Shown piece by piece: positions 37,231 through 46,001 of a stretch of DNA of 52,103 nucleotides. The translations under genes and the position numbers were made by a program. The notes below the pieces were generated by a model that made no database searches, had not been told where the DNA came from, and worked only from the letters and a program-made list of their open reading frames with translations. The number at the start of each line of letters is the position of its first letter. Within the stretch, counting starts at the first letter, position 1. The DNA is from a bacterium (GTDB lineage: Bacteria; Patescibacteriota; Saccharimonadia; Saccharimonadales; JAUPVS01): NCBI GenBank assembly GCA_029780855.1, contig JAKOXV010000018.1:1-52103 (forward strand), given 5' to 3'.

Positions 37231-38031
37231 ATGTTTAACAATATAATCACCAAAACCCTATATGAAAAACGATGGATGCTCATTGGCTGGTCTATTGGCC
37301 TCGCCGCCACAGCCGTGCTTACGATGAGTTTGTACCCTTCTTTTAACCAACAGGGAATTGATCAAATAATCGGCTCTGTTCCAGAATCGCTCCGTTCGCT
37401 CGTTGGCGATGTGAGTAGCTACAAAACAATTCCCGGATTTATAGCACAGCAGATCTATGGTCCCCAGATCCCGATATTTACCATCATCCTTGCCATCATG
37501 CTGTTCTATGGACTAAGTGCCGGGGATGAAGATCGTGGCACCCTAGAAACACTTTTGGCTCAGCCCGTTTCACGCACAAAAGTTTACTTTCACAAGTTTT
37601 TTGCCGCCAGCGCCATACTGCTGGTAATGGTACTATTTATTGCCATCGGCGTTCTGATAGGATTGGCGATTATTGGCGAGAGTACTTCGCTACTAAGACT
37701 CACACAAGCATCCTTTGCTTGTTACCTGATGACCGTTGCCTATGGAATGGTTGCCTACGCAATCGGTACAGCAACGGGCAAGAAGGGTCTGGCAATTGCT
37801 ATTGCAAGTATCTATGCGTTTCTAAGTTTCTTTATTTCTTCCCTCGCTCCAGCCGTTAAGGCCTTGCGCCCGATTGAAAAAGGTTCGTTATTTTACTACT
37901 ACAACTCACCCCAAACCATGGTAGTTGGTTTGGATTGGAGAAATATGACCATCATTATAGTTTCAATCCTAGTTATGATGAGTGTAAGTCTGGTTTTCTT
38001 CAAAAACCGCGATCTAGTCCGTGGCGATTAA
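37231..38031 (+). CDS. ABC-2 type transporter permease
   Basis: 266 aa with 6 TM segments. Its start abuts the ATPase stop. Confidence 0.75.
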   Translation: MFNNIITKTLYEKRWMLIGWSIGLAATAVLTMSLYPSFNQQGIDQIIGSVPESLRSLVGDVSSYKTIPGFIAQQIYGPQIPIFTIILAIMLFYGLSAGDEDRGTLETLLAQPVSRTKVYFHKFFAASAILLVMVLFIAIGVLIGLAIIGESTSLLRLTQASFACYLMTVAYGMVAYAIGTATGKKGLAIAIASIYAFLSFFISSLAPAVKALRPIEKGSLFYYYNSPQTMVVGLDWRNMTIIIVSILVMMSVSLVFFKNRDLVRGD

Positions 38032-38035
38032 AATC

Positions 38036-38680
38036 TTACGATTTGTTTTCCTGGCGCCACTTTTCTATTTCGGCGTGATTTCCACTAAGTAGAACCTCAG
38101 GTACTTTCATGCCCCGGAACTCTTCCGGACGGGTGTACTGTGGGTGCTCAATGGCTACATCATCTTCCTGGAAGGATTCTTTCTCAGCACTTGTTTCGCC
38201 ACCCAATACGCCAGGCAAAAGTCGGATAATGCTATCCATTATCACCATCGCGGGAAGCTCTCCGCCCGTTAAGACGTAGTTACCTATACAAAATTGCTGA
38301 TCTACAAACTTCGTTATCCGCTCGTCATACCCTTCATACCGCGCACAAACAAAAATTAAATCCTGGGCATCCATTGCCAATGATTTAGAGTCAGATTGTT
38401 TGTATACTTGCCCGCGGGGAGTAGGCAGAACAACCAATGCATCCGGCGAGATGCTTTTGGCGTGTTCGATTGCCGCAACAACCGGCTCTGGCTTTAGGAG
38501 CATGCCATCACCCCCACCGTACACCATGTCATCAACCTGTTTCCGTGGCCCTAAGCCGAAGTCACGCAGGTTAATATAACTAATCTCCACGGCTCCGATG
38601 TTCTGGGCTTTCCAAAGCATGCTGGTATTCATAACCCCTTGAAACATCTCGGGGAAAAGCGTAATCACTTGAATTTTCAT
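38036..38680 (-). CDS. trmD: tRNA (guanine37-N1)-methyltransferase
   Basis: MKIQVITLFPEMF, YGGGDGMLLKPEP, RYEGYDERI, IGNYVLTGGELPAMV and LLSGNHAEI are canonical TrmD motifs. Confidence 0.95.
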   Translation of the reverse strand: MKIQVITLFPEMFQGVMNTSMLWKAQNIGAVEISYINLRDFGLGPRKQVDDMVYGGGDGMLLKPEPVVAAIEHAKSISPDALVVLPTPRGQVYKQSDSKSLAMDAQDLIFVCARYEGYDERITKFVDQQFCIGNYVLTGGELPAMVIMDSIIRLLPGVLGGETSAEKESFQEDDVAIEHPQYTRPEEFRGMKVPEVLLSGNHAEIEKWRQENKS

Positions 38681-38696
38681 CTATAATATTATATCA
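38681..38696 (-). promoter_or_regulatory. extended -10 (TGaTATAAT) 7 nt upstream of the trmD ATG
   Basis: The minus strand reads TGATATAAT attatag ATG. The hexamer complement is at 38688..38693. Confidence 0.5.
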
Positions 38697-38734
38697 CAAA
38701 AATATAGAGCCCGCTTATTACACCGGCTCTATAT
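38696..38734 (-). terminator. rho-independent terminator between the KH-protein gene and trmD
   Basis: ATATAGAGCC (38702..38711) pairs perfectly with GGCTCTATAT (38725..38734) as a 10-bp stem. On the minus strand it is followed by TTTTTG. Confidence 0.65.
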
Positions 38735-38753
38735 AGTACTACTACGAACGATC

Positions 38754-39140
38754 CTATACGTCTAGGTCATCTAGCTCTTCAAGTTCTTTACGAGTTTTGC
38801 TAACAATACTGTCTGATTCGCTCTCGTTATCAGCCGAATCACCATCGTCATCTGACATTGGCGCAGTCTGCTGTGTAGATGGTGCTGGTGCAACACCATT
38901 ATCCACGATCTTTAGGTTGTAACGAGCGTCATTCTTAGTGCCGAGCGCTCTTAGTAGCGTTCGCAAACTCTGAGCGGTGGCTCCTCGCTTACCAATTACA
39001 CGACCGAGATCTTCAGGGTCAACGGTCAGTTCGAGCAAAACTCCTTTTTCATCAATGGTTCGCTCTATTTCTACAGCGTCTGGATTACTTACCAAGGATC
39101 TTACAATATATTCTACAAATTGTTGGTCAATGCTACTCAT
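38754..39140 (-). CDS. KH domain RNA-binding protein (YlqC/UPF0109-like) with acidic C-terminal tail
   Basis: LVSNPDAVEIERT...VDPEDLGRVIGKRGATAQSLRTLL is the KH GxxG core. The roughly 45-aa C-terminal extension is rich in D/E/S. Confidence 0.85.
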   Translation of the reverse strand: MSSIDQQFVEYIVRSLVSNPDAVEIERTIDEKGVLLELTVDPEDLGRVIGKRGATAQSLRTLLRALGTKNDARYNLKIVDNGVAPAPSTQQTAPMSDDDGDSADNESESDSIVSKTRKELEELDDLDV

Positions 39141-39225
39141 TCAGAAAATCTCCCATTAGGTAACAACACCCATTATACCGCATACCGGCAAACATAAACG
39201 GCAATGATGTTGTGTTTTGTGAGTT

Positions 39226-39675
39226 TTAGGCTTCTTTAGCAGGTGCTTCTTCTGCTTCAGCTGGCTTTTCAGCTTCTACAGGTTCTGCGGGAGCTTCTTC
39301 GGCTGGGGCTTCCGCTGGAGTTTCTGCCTCTGCTGCTGGAGCTTCCTCTGGAGCTTCTTCAGCTGGCTGATTCTTTCGAAGCTTTTCTGGGTTCCGAACA
39401 GCACCTTCTTTTTTAGATGAGAGCTTAACCCAAGATGGTAGCTTAATACCTTCGCTCTGCAGCAAGCGAGCAACTCGATCAGATGGACGAGCACCGTTTT
39501 TAAGGTAGTATTCTGCTTTTTCCTTATCCAAAACAAGCGTCTTGGCATGAGGATTGTAACTTCCTAGCAGCGCCACATAGCGACCGCTGGTTGGAGTACG
39601 TCGCGAGTCCTGTACTAAAACACGGAACTGCGCATGGCCTTTACGACCGGTTCGTTGCAAACGAATAGCTAACAT
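39226..39675 (-). CDS. rpsP: 30S ribosomal protein S16 with Ala/Glu/Pro-rich C-terminal extension
   Basis: MLAIRLQRTGRKGHAQFRVLVQDSRR...GSYNP is a canonical bS16 N-terminus. The tail reads PAEEAPEEAPAAEAETPAEAPAEEAPAEPVEAEKPAEAEEAPAKEA. Confidence 0.95.
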   Translation of the reverse strand: MLAIRLQRTGRKGHAQFRVLVQDSRRTPTSGRYVALLGSYNPHAKTLVLDKEKAEYYLKNGARPSDRVARLLQSEGIKLPSWVKLSSKKEGAVRNPEKLRKNQPAEEAPEEAPAAEAETPAEAPAEEAPAEPVEAEKPAEAEEAPAKEA

Positions 39676-39736
39676 AGTTGTATTTACTTAACTCTCTTTC
39701 TTGATAGAAGATTTAGTTTATTGAACAATCTAGCAT

Positions 39737-39765
39737 ATTTTACAGAGAAGCACCTCTGTTGTCAA
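39737..39765 (-). promoter_or_regulatory. near-consensus sigma70-type promoter for rpsP (TTGACA-N17-TAAAAT)
   Basis: The minus strand reads TTGACA acagaggtgcttctctg TAAAAT. It lies about 60 nt upstream of the rpsP ATG, just downstream of the rnc stop. Confidence 0.6.
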
Positions 39766-39772
39766 TACATGC

Positions 39773-40474
39773 TTATTTTGACTTGTATTTTGCGAGTGCT
39801 TTCTGGGCGGCTTGTTGCTGTCCGGCCTGCTTGCTCGGGCCAGATCCCTTCCCCTTTAAGACGCCATCAACATATACCCCTACCGTGAATTCTTTGTCGT
39901 GGTCGGGACCTTCTTCGCTTATGACTTTATAGACTGGAGTATGCCCCTCTTCACTCTGTACCACTTCTTGGAGGTGTGATTTTGGGTCCATCCAAGAACC
40001 GGTTTCCAGTATCTCTTTAAACGTAGTAATCAGACTCTTATGAATGAATGTCTTGGCGGCATCATATCCTTGGTCCAGATATAGTGAACCCACAACCGCT
40101 TCGTAACAGTTTGCCAATATCTGCGCCCGCGCCCTGTCGGTTCCCCGTCGTTCCCCTCGGCTCAACCGAAGCAGTGGCTCAAATTCAAAGCGTTTTGCGG
40201 CTGCACTGATACTTTCAGTACGCACCAATGCGCTCCGCCAGTTAGTCAAAATACCCTCTGGCTCTTCGTAGGTACCGTAGAGATACTCTGTAACCACCAG
40301 CTCCAAAACTGCATCACCCAAGAATTCTAAGCGCTCATTGTGCTCTTTGACGGTTTTTTTGTGCTCATTCACGTATGACCGATGTGTAAAGGCGGTAATA
40401 AGCAGTTCAAGATTTTCATACGTAAACCCTAACTTCTCCTGCGCAAACGCCTGGTATTGACTGAAATCCTGCAT
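39773..40474 (-). CDS. rnc: ribonuclease III
   Basis: ERLEFLGDAVLELVV signature followed by a C-terminal dsRBD. 233 aa. Confidence 0.95.
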   Translation of the reverse strand: MQDFSQYQAFAQEKLGFTYENLELLITAFTHRSYVNEHKKTVKEHNERLEFLGDAVLELVVTEYLYGTYEEPEGILTNWRSALVRTESISAAAKRFEFEPLLRLSRGERRGTDRARAQILANCYEAVVGSLYLDQGYDAAKTFIHKSLITTFKEILETGSWMDPKSHLQEVVQSEEGHTPVYKVISEEGPDHDKEFTVGVYVDGVLKGKGSGPSKQAGQQQAAQKALAKYKSK

Positions 40475-40485
40475 AGTCTTCTGTC

Positions 40486-40986
40486 CTAGTCCTTCTGGCT
40501 CCTGATTTTCTTTAATGCGATCAATATGATTTTTCCAATATCTTCATATTCAATTTTGTCGAGTGCCTCTGCTGCAGAAAACCACTTAATACCGTTCATC
40601 CAATCTTCTGGCTGTAGCTTATCCGTGTCACCCAAACCTTTAACTAGGAAAATCTCGGTAGTCATGAGCACTAGGCTCTGTTGCCGTCGGTACCTAAAGT
40701 TAATCTTTCCAAGCCAGTTAAGAACCCGCATTTCCTGAAGTCCAGTTTCCTCTCGGATTTCACGCTCTGCGGTCTGTTTAGAAGATTCCCCCTCTTCTAT
40801 ATGCCCCTTGGGGATAGTCCATCGGTCTTTGGCGTCCTGGATAAGCAGTATTTCCACCTGGCCTTTAGAATTTTTGCGATACACAATACCACCTGCGGTT
40901 GGTTCACGCAGTACTTCTTTAATTGCCGGTTTGTGACGGCTCACAAATTGTCTAAAACCTTGTATCGGTTTTGGTCTCTTTACCAT
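40486..40986 (-). CDS. NUDIX hydrolase
   Basis: Nudix box GHIEEGESSKQTAEREIREETGL. Confidence 0.85.
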   Translation of the reverse strand: MVKRPKPIQGFRQFVSRHKPAIKEVLREPTAGGIVYRKNSKGQVEILLIQDAKDRWTIPKGHIEEGESSKQTAEREIREETGLQEMRVLNWLGKINFRYRRQQSLVLMTTEIFLVKGLGDTDKLQPEDWMNGIKWFSAAEALDKIEYEDIGKIILIALKKIRSQKD

Positions 40987-40991
40987 GATTT

Positions 40992-41450
40992 TTACGCTTT
41001 CTCAGTGACTTCCGGTTGTTCTTCTAGCTCGTTCTTTCTCAGAACCGTTCCAAGAACACCGTTAACAAATTTTGAGGAGTTTTCACCTCCGAACGCTTTC
41101 GCTAATTCTACTGCCTCGTTAATTACCACTTTTGGTGGTACCGAGGGCTCATGAAGGAGTTCGTAGAGTCCCAGGCGCAAAACGATACGATCCATGCGGG
41201 CAATTTGGTCGATCGGCCATTCAGGAGCAACAGGTTGCAAAATAGCATCTAATTTATCTTGTTCCTTTAGAACACCGTGGACAAGTTTGACGATAAAAGA
41301 TTGGTCGTCAATCGTGTCATGGTACCGATGGATGTTGCGCTGCAATACCTCATCGATTTCAAAGTTTTCATCACCGCAAGAAACGCGGAACTCTTGTTCG
41401 TAGAGAGTTTGTAGTGCGACTATTCTACCAAGGTGACGATTTGATGCCAT
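40992..41450 (-). CDS. nusB: transcription antitermination factor NusB
   Basis: 152 aa, all-helical. RIVALQTLYEQEF ... LLHEPSVPPKVVINEAVELAKAFGGENSSKFVNGVLG is a typical NusB pattern. Confidence 0.9.
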   Translation of the reverse strand: MASNRHLGRIVALQTLYEQEFRVSCGDENFEIDEVLQRNIHRYHDTIDDQSFIVKLVHGVLKEQDKLDAILQPVAPEWPIDQIARMDRIVLRLGLYELLHEPSVPPKVVINEAVELAKAFGGENSSKFVNGVLGTVLRKNELEEQPEVTEKA

Positions 41451-41509
41451 ATTGTTAAATTCCTTATCTGAAGTATCTACTTACAGTATACCCTATAAAG
41501 AGGTTTCGT

Positions 41510-41653
41510 TTATGCTTTTTTGCCGGTTTCTTTACGGGTTGTAAAGGCTTTTACTGGTGACTTAGCGTTAACCTTACGGGCTAATTTTAGTACCAGGTGG
41601 CTACGTCGAGAACCAGTGCGGCGTGCAGACGTACGTTTTTTGGGTTTACCCAT
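41510..41653 (-). CDS. rpmF: 50S ribosomal protein L32, short Cys-less form (not in the ORF track)
   Basis: The minus strand reads ATG GGT AAA CCC AAA AAA CGT ACG..., giving MGKPKKRTSARRTGSRRSHLVLKLARKVNAKSPVKAFTTRKETGKKA (47 aa). AAGGAG lies upstream. The N-terminus matches the bL32 pattern xxPKKRTSxxRxxxRRSH. Confidence 0.8.
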   Translation of the reverse strand: MGKPKKRTSARRTGSRRSHLVLKLARKVNAKSPVKAFTTRKETGKKA

Positions 41654-41764
41654 ATAAAATAATGCTCCTTATTGCTGAATATTAGCTGTTGACGTTTGGG
41701 CAAGTATAACGTATTTTTCCTCAAAACTCAAGCGTAAACGGTTAAAGCTGCCTATGGTATATCA

Positions 41765-41802
41765 TTGACTTTTTATTGTACTTATGGTAAAATAAAAAGA
41801 TG
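41765..41802 (+). promoter_or_regulatory. promoter TTGACT-N17-TGgTAAAAT with the ATG 6 nt downstream (leaderless)
   Basis: TTGACT is at 41765..41770, TG at 41785..41786, TAAAAT at 41788..41793 and the ATG at 41800. Confidence 0.55.
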
Positions 41803-42201
41803 GACCGTATGAAGCCACAGATTGAATCATTTCAGTCGCAAATCACCGAACAACAGCTTGGTGAGCTATTTAATTCTAAACCGAGTGGCGCCACTCGATT
41901 TATGCACGGCGCACTTTCAGGCATTGAAAAAGCAGTCAAAGTCCGCATGCGGTATGTCCTCCTTGCCGGAGCTCTCGTAGCTGGTGGCGTAGTAGCCTAT
42001 GAACATGTTTCTGGCGACCCAGATACCACAACGGTTACCACCACCATCGAAGCCCCAACCCAAGAAAACCCCTTATTTGATCAGCAATGTTTTGATCAGT
42101 ACTTGGCAGGGATTCCGCTAGTTGACCGAGAACCCGGTGACTTGCTTACTGCAGCCGAAGCCTGCAAAGAAGACCCACTTACCAAAATAGCCCGGCAATA
42201 A
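41800..42201 (+). CDS. single-pass membrane protein, unknown function
   Basis: 133 aa with one central TM helix (YVLLAGALVAGGVVAY) and two Cys in the C-terminal region. Confidence 0.5.
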   Translation: MDRMKPQIESFQSQITEQQLGELFNSKPSGATRFMHGALSGIEKAVKVRMRYVLLAGALVAGGVVAYEHVSGDPDTTTVTTTIEAPTQENPLFDQQCFDQYLAGIPLVDREPGDLLTAAEACKEDPLTKIARQ

Positions 42202-42210
42202 CAGGCGCCA

Positions 42211-44652
42211 CTAAATTACAAAACTGATCAATTTACCTGGTACGTAAATTGTTTTCTTGATCTGTCTGCCTTCTACGTAAGCCTGGGTTTTTTCGCTAGT
42301 TTTAGCTGCCGCAATTATCTGCTCCTCAGTGGCGTTTGCTGGCATGGAAAGCTGATCGCGGACTTTGCCATTAACCTGTACTACTATTGTCACGGTGTCA
42401 GCTACAAGATACGCTTCATCCCATATCGGCCAGGTACTGAGATGTACCGACCCCTCATTACCAATCGCTTCCCATAGTTCCTCAGCTACATGCGGAGCGT
42501 AGGGAGCTAACAGTTGGATAAGTGACTCAACCGCAATTTTCCAGGCGGCTTTTGCTGCAAAAGAGTCCTTTGCTTTAATTCGGTAAAGATCATTTGTGAA
42601 CTCCATGAGTGCTGCCACGGCGGTATTAAAGTTCATCTCATATAGGTCCTCGCTGACCTTTTTGATTGTTTTATGTGTCGCTACAAGGATGTCTTTTTCT
42701 GCTGCATCATTTACTTCTGGTTCAGCAGCTACATATTCCTGCACCAACGTCCAGACTCGTTGCACAAACCGAAACGTACCGGCCACTCCCTCATTACTCC
42801 ACGGCGTGGTTTGATCGTACGGCGCCAAAAAGGCTATGGCCAAGCGCATGGCGTCAGCTCCGTATCCCTGGTCAATAATATGGGTAGGGTTGATCACATT
42901 TCCCTTGCTCTTACTCATCTTTGTGCCGTCTTCGGCAAGAATAATCCCTTGGCCTCTTCGAGCATGGTATGGCTCTGGCGTAGGAACTAGGCCCTGATCA
43001 TAAAAGAACTGGTGCCAGAATCGAGAGTACAGCAAGTGCAAGGTGGTGTGCTCCATACCACCCAGATACAGGTCAACCTCGCCCCAGTACTCTAATTTCT
43101 TCCGATCTGCGAATGCCAAGTCATTGTGCGCATCGTAGTACCGCAAATAATACCAGCTGCTCCCCGCCCAGTTTGGCATGGTATCGGTTTCTCGCTTAGC
43201 AGGAGCCTTACATTTTGGGCAATCAACATTTACCCAACTTTCGATAGCAGCCAAGGGACTCTCTCCCGTATCAGTAGGTTCGTAGTGATCAACCGGCGGC
43301 AATTCAACAGGTAGTTGTTCATCCGGCACCGGTACGGCGCCACATTTTTCACAGTGGATTATAGGAATTGGTTCTCCCCAGTAATGCTGCCGGCTAAACA
43401 CCCAGTCACGTAATCGATAATTGACACGCTCTTTGGCTAGACCCTTTTTCTCTAAATCAGCAACTATCTGTTCGCGCATTTCTGACGAACGAATACCATC
43501 ATATGTACCAGAATGCATCATGACTCCTTCGTCGTGTGTGCATTCATCGTCAGAAGCATCGTTACTGATCACGCGAACAATCGGCAGATCAAACTTTAGC
43601 GCAAACTCGTGGTCGCGTTCGTCATGGGCGGGTACTGCCATAATGGCACCCGTCCCGTAGCCCATTAGGACATAATCGGCTACCCAGATTGGGATCTTCT
43701 CCGCATTAACAGGATTTATTGCATATGCTCCGGTAAATACTCCTGTTTTTTCACGGTCAGTATCTTGACGTTCTATTTCGCTTTTTGCACCAGCTGCCGT
43801 AACATACTGTTCCACGTCTGATTTTTGCGATTCAGTCGTAATTTTACTAACCAGCGGGTGTTCTGGGGCGAGCACCATAAAGGTAGCGCCATATAACGTA
43901 TCTGGTCGGGTGGTAAATACCGTAATTGCGTCCTTGCGTTCCTCTACCGCAAAAACAACTTCTGCTCCCTTGCTACGCCCAATCCAGTTGATCTGCTGAT
44001 CCGCAATACGACTGGGGTAATCTACGGTCTCTAAACCTTCAATGAGACGATCGGCGTATTGGGTTATTTTAAGTATCCACTGTTTCAGATACTTCTTTTC
44101 GACTACCGTATCACACCGTTCATGACGACCGTTCACTACCTCTTCATTGGCAAGACCGGTTTTACATTTTGGACACCAGTTGATCGCTATTTCATCCTGA
44201 GACGCTAGTCCTTCTTTAAAAAACTGCAAAAACAACCACTGAGTCCACTTATAGTAACTCGGGTCGGTAGTTTTAAATGACCGACTCCAGTCAATGCTGT
44301 ACCCCAAACTATCAAACTGTTTCTGAAAGTTGGCTACGTTTTTCTCAGTCGCAACTTGGGGCGCGATCTTATTTTTGATCGCATAGTTTTCAGTTGGCAA
44401 ACCAAAGGCATCATAACCCATGGGGTATAGCACATTATGGCCAGTCATTCGCTTGTAGCGAGCTACGATATCGCCGAGGGTATACTCACGAACATGTCCC
44501 ATGTGTAAACCTTCGCCTGAGGGATACGGAAATTCGGTGAGCATGACAAACTTAGGCCGTTTTTCATCAAAATCAACCGCTTTATATATGTCTCTTTTAG
44601 CCCAAGTTTTCTGCCACTTAGGCTCAATATCCTTCGGATTGTAGCGTTTCAT
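42211..44652 (-). CDS. leuS: leucine--tRNA ligase
   Basis: 813 aa with FPYPSGEGLHMGH (HIGH), KMSKSKGN (KMSKS) and a CP1 editing domain. Confidence 0.97.
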   Translation of the reverse strand: MKRYNPKDIEPKWQKTWAKRDIYKAVDFDEKRPKFVMLTEFPYPSGEGLHMGHVREYTLGDIVARYKRMTGHNVLYPMGYDAFGLPTENYAIKNKIAPQVATEKNVANFQKQFDSLGYSIDWSRSFKTTDPSYYKWTQWLFLQFFKEGLASQDEIAINWCPKCKTGLANEEVVNGRHERCDTVVEKKYLKQWILKITQYADRLIEGLETVDYPSRIADQQINWIGRSKGAEVVFAVEERKDAITVFTTRPDTLYGATFMVLAPEHPLVSKITTESQKSDVEQYVTAAGAKSEIERQDTDREKTGVFTGAYAINPVNAEKIPIWVADYVLMGYGTGAIMAVPAHDERDHEFALKFDLPIVRVISNDASDDECTHDEGVMMHSGTYDGIRSSEMREQIVADLEKKGLAKERVNYRLRDWVFSRQHYWGEPIPIIHCEKCGAVPVPDEQLPVELPPVDHYEPTDTGESPLAAIESWVNVDCPKCKAPAKRETDTMPNWAGSSWYYLRYYDAHNDLAFADRKKLEYWGEVDLYLGGMEHTTLHLLYSRFWHQFFYDQGLVPTPEPYHARRGQGIILAEDGTKMSKSKGNVINPTHIIDQGYGADAMRLAIAFLAPYDQTTPWSNEGVAGTFRFVQRVWTLVQEYVAAEPEVNDAAEKDILVATHKTIKKVSEDLYEMNFNTAVAALMEFTNDLYRIKAKDSFAAKAAWKIAVESLIQLLAPYAPHVAEELWEAIGNEGSVHLSTWPIWDEAYLVADTVTIVVQVNGKVRDQLSMPANATEEQIIAAAKTSEKTQAYVEGRQIKKTIYVPGKLISFVI

Positions 44653-44686
44653 ATGACACTAGTGTAACAGATTGAGCAAGTATTGC

Positions 44687-45988
44687 TTACCTGGTAACAA
44701 CTGAAACGATAGAATTTAAGGTCTTTTCAAATATCTGAGGATTGTTTTCTAGGAGGGTAATTCGGAAACCGGGTATATGGCTATTAAATCCACTCGTTAG
44801 CGGTACGGTGCAGATTCCGGTGGCTGCAAGCAACATATAGCAGAATCTTTTATCAAAATTGCCTGGTTCTATAGCGGCAAGCTCAGTGTCGAGCAGGTGC
44901 TGAGCTTCAGGGTTTGCGGCAGGCAGCACAAATGGCTGCTTCACAAAATCTTCACTAAAAGCCACCGTTTGATAGAACGCTCCTTTTGGCTTAACTACCC
45001 GAAGCGCAGCGCAATTGCCTAGAATCTTTTGTACGGTTTCAGCACGCTCAGCATACAGTTTACGTCGCCGCTCAAGGTGATCAGGGTAACGACTGTCTCC
45101 CAAGATCTTGGGTAGAACAGTCTGAGGAAGCGTAGTTGAACAGACCTCTGTCATCTTTGCTTCTTCAATTGATTTTACGTATGCCCGAAAATCAGGATCA
45201 GCATCTATGTTATAAAACTCCAACCATCCACAGCGGCTACCTGGCCAGGGCACTTCCTTTGAAAGCCCGCGCATGACGATTGTCGGGATACCATTAGAAA
45301 GTTCAGCCAGTGAACAGAACGCCTCTTTTTCGAATGCTAAGTTGGCATATATTTCATCGGCAATCAAAAACAGATCAAACTCCAGGGCAATTGACACAAA
45401 TTCCTCTAGAATTTCTTTTGGATAGACCGCGCCAGTTGGATTATCGGGATTGATAATCAATAATGCCGCAATTTGTGGATTGTAGGTTACTTTGTTTCTA
45501 ATATCCTCCATGTCCGGCAACCAGCCGTTGTCGGAATCAAGATCATAGGTCAAATGGCGTGAACGACCATGAGCCCCCTCAACCGATGAATGGGTGGGGT
45601 ATGCCGGACTTGGCCCAAGCACACGAGCAATTGGGTTTAGCCAAGTGTAGGTCTTAGTAATTGCATCACCTAAACCATTAAAGAATATGATATTTTCAGG
45701 TTTTAGCTCCTGACCAACTTCTTTGGTTCTGATTGCACTCAAGTATTCACGAGTCTCATCAACACCTTTTGTCGCCGAGTAGCCATATGATTCCGAGCTA
45801 TCTAATGTTTCTTTGGAAACCATTTCCCGAACCCAGAGTGGCACCTCTTCTCCCTTAGCAACAGGATCTCCTATGTTTTCCCATACTATAGGCAGCCCTG
45901 TCTTCTCCAGCTTTTTGGCAAATTCTACTATCCCGCGAATCTCGTACTTAAGTTCGCCGGCTCCAGGGTGGACAATTGAAACTCTCAT
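44687..45988 (-). CDS. class I/II pyridoxal-phosphate-dependent aminotransferase (alanine aminotransferase-like)
   Basis: 433 aa with INPDNPTG, DEIYANLAF, and SKE..WPGSRCGW (PLP lysine region). Confidence 0.85.
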   Translation of the reverse strand: MRVSIVHPGAGELKYEIRGIVEFAKKLEKTGLPIVWENIGDPVAKGEEVPLWVREMVSKETLDSSESYGYSATKGVDETREYLSAIRTKEVGQELKPENIIFFNGLGDAITKTYTWLNPIARVLGPSPAYPTHSSVEGAHGRSRHLTYDLDSDNGWLPDMEDIRNKVTYNPQIAALLIINPDNPTGAVYPKEILEEFVSIALEFDLFLIADEIYANLAFEKEAFCSLAELSNGIPTIVMRGLSKEVPWPGSRCGWLEFYNIDADPDFRAYVKSIEEAKMTEVCSTTLPQTVLPKILGDSRYPDHLERRRKLYAERAETVQKILGNCAALRVVKPKGAFYQTVAFSEDFVKQPFVLPAANPEAQHLLDTELAAIEPGNFDKRFCYMLLAATGICTVPLTSGFNSHIPGFRITLLENNPQIFEKTLNSIVSVVTR

Positions 45989-46001
45989 GTATGGCTATTC
46001 C

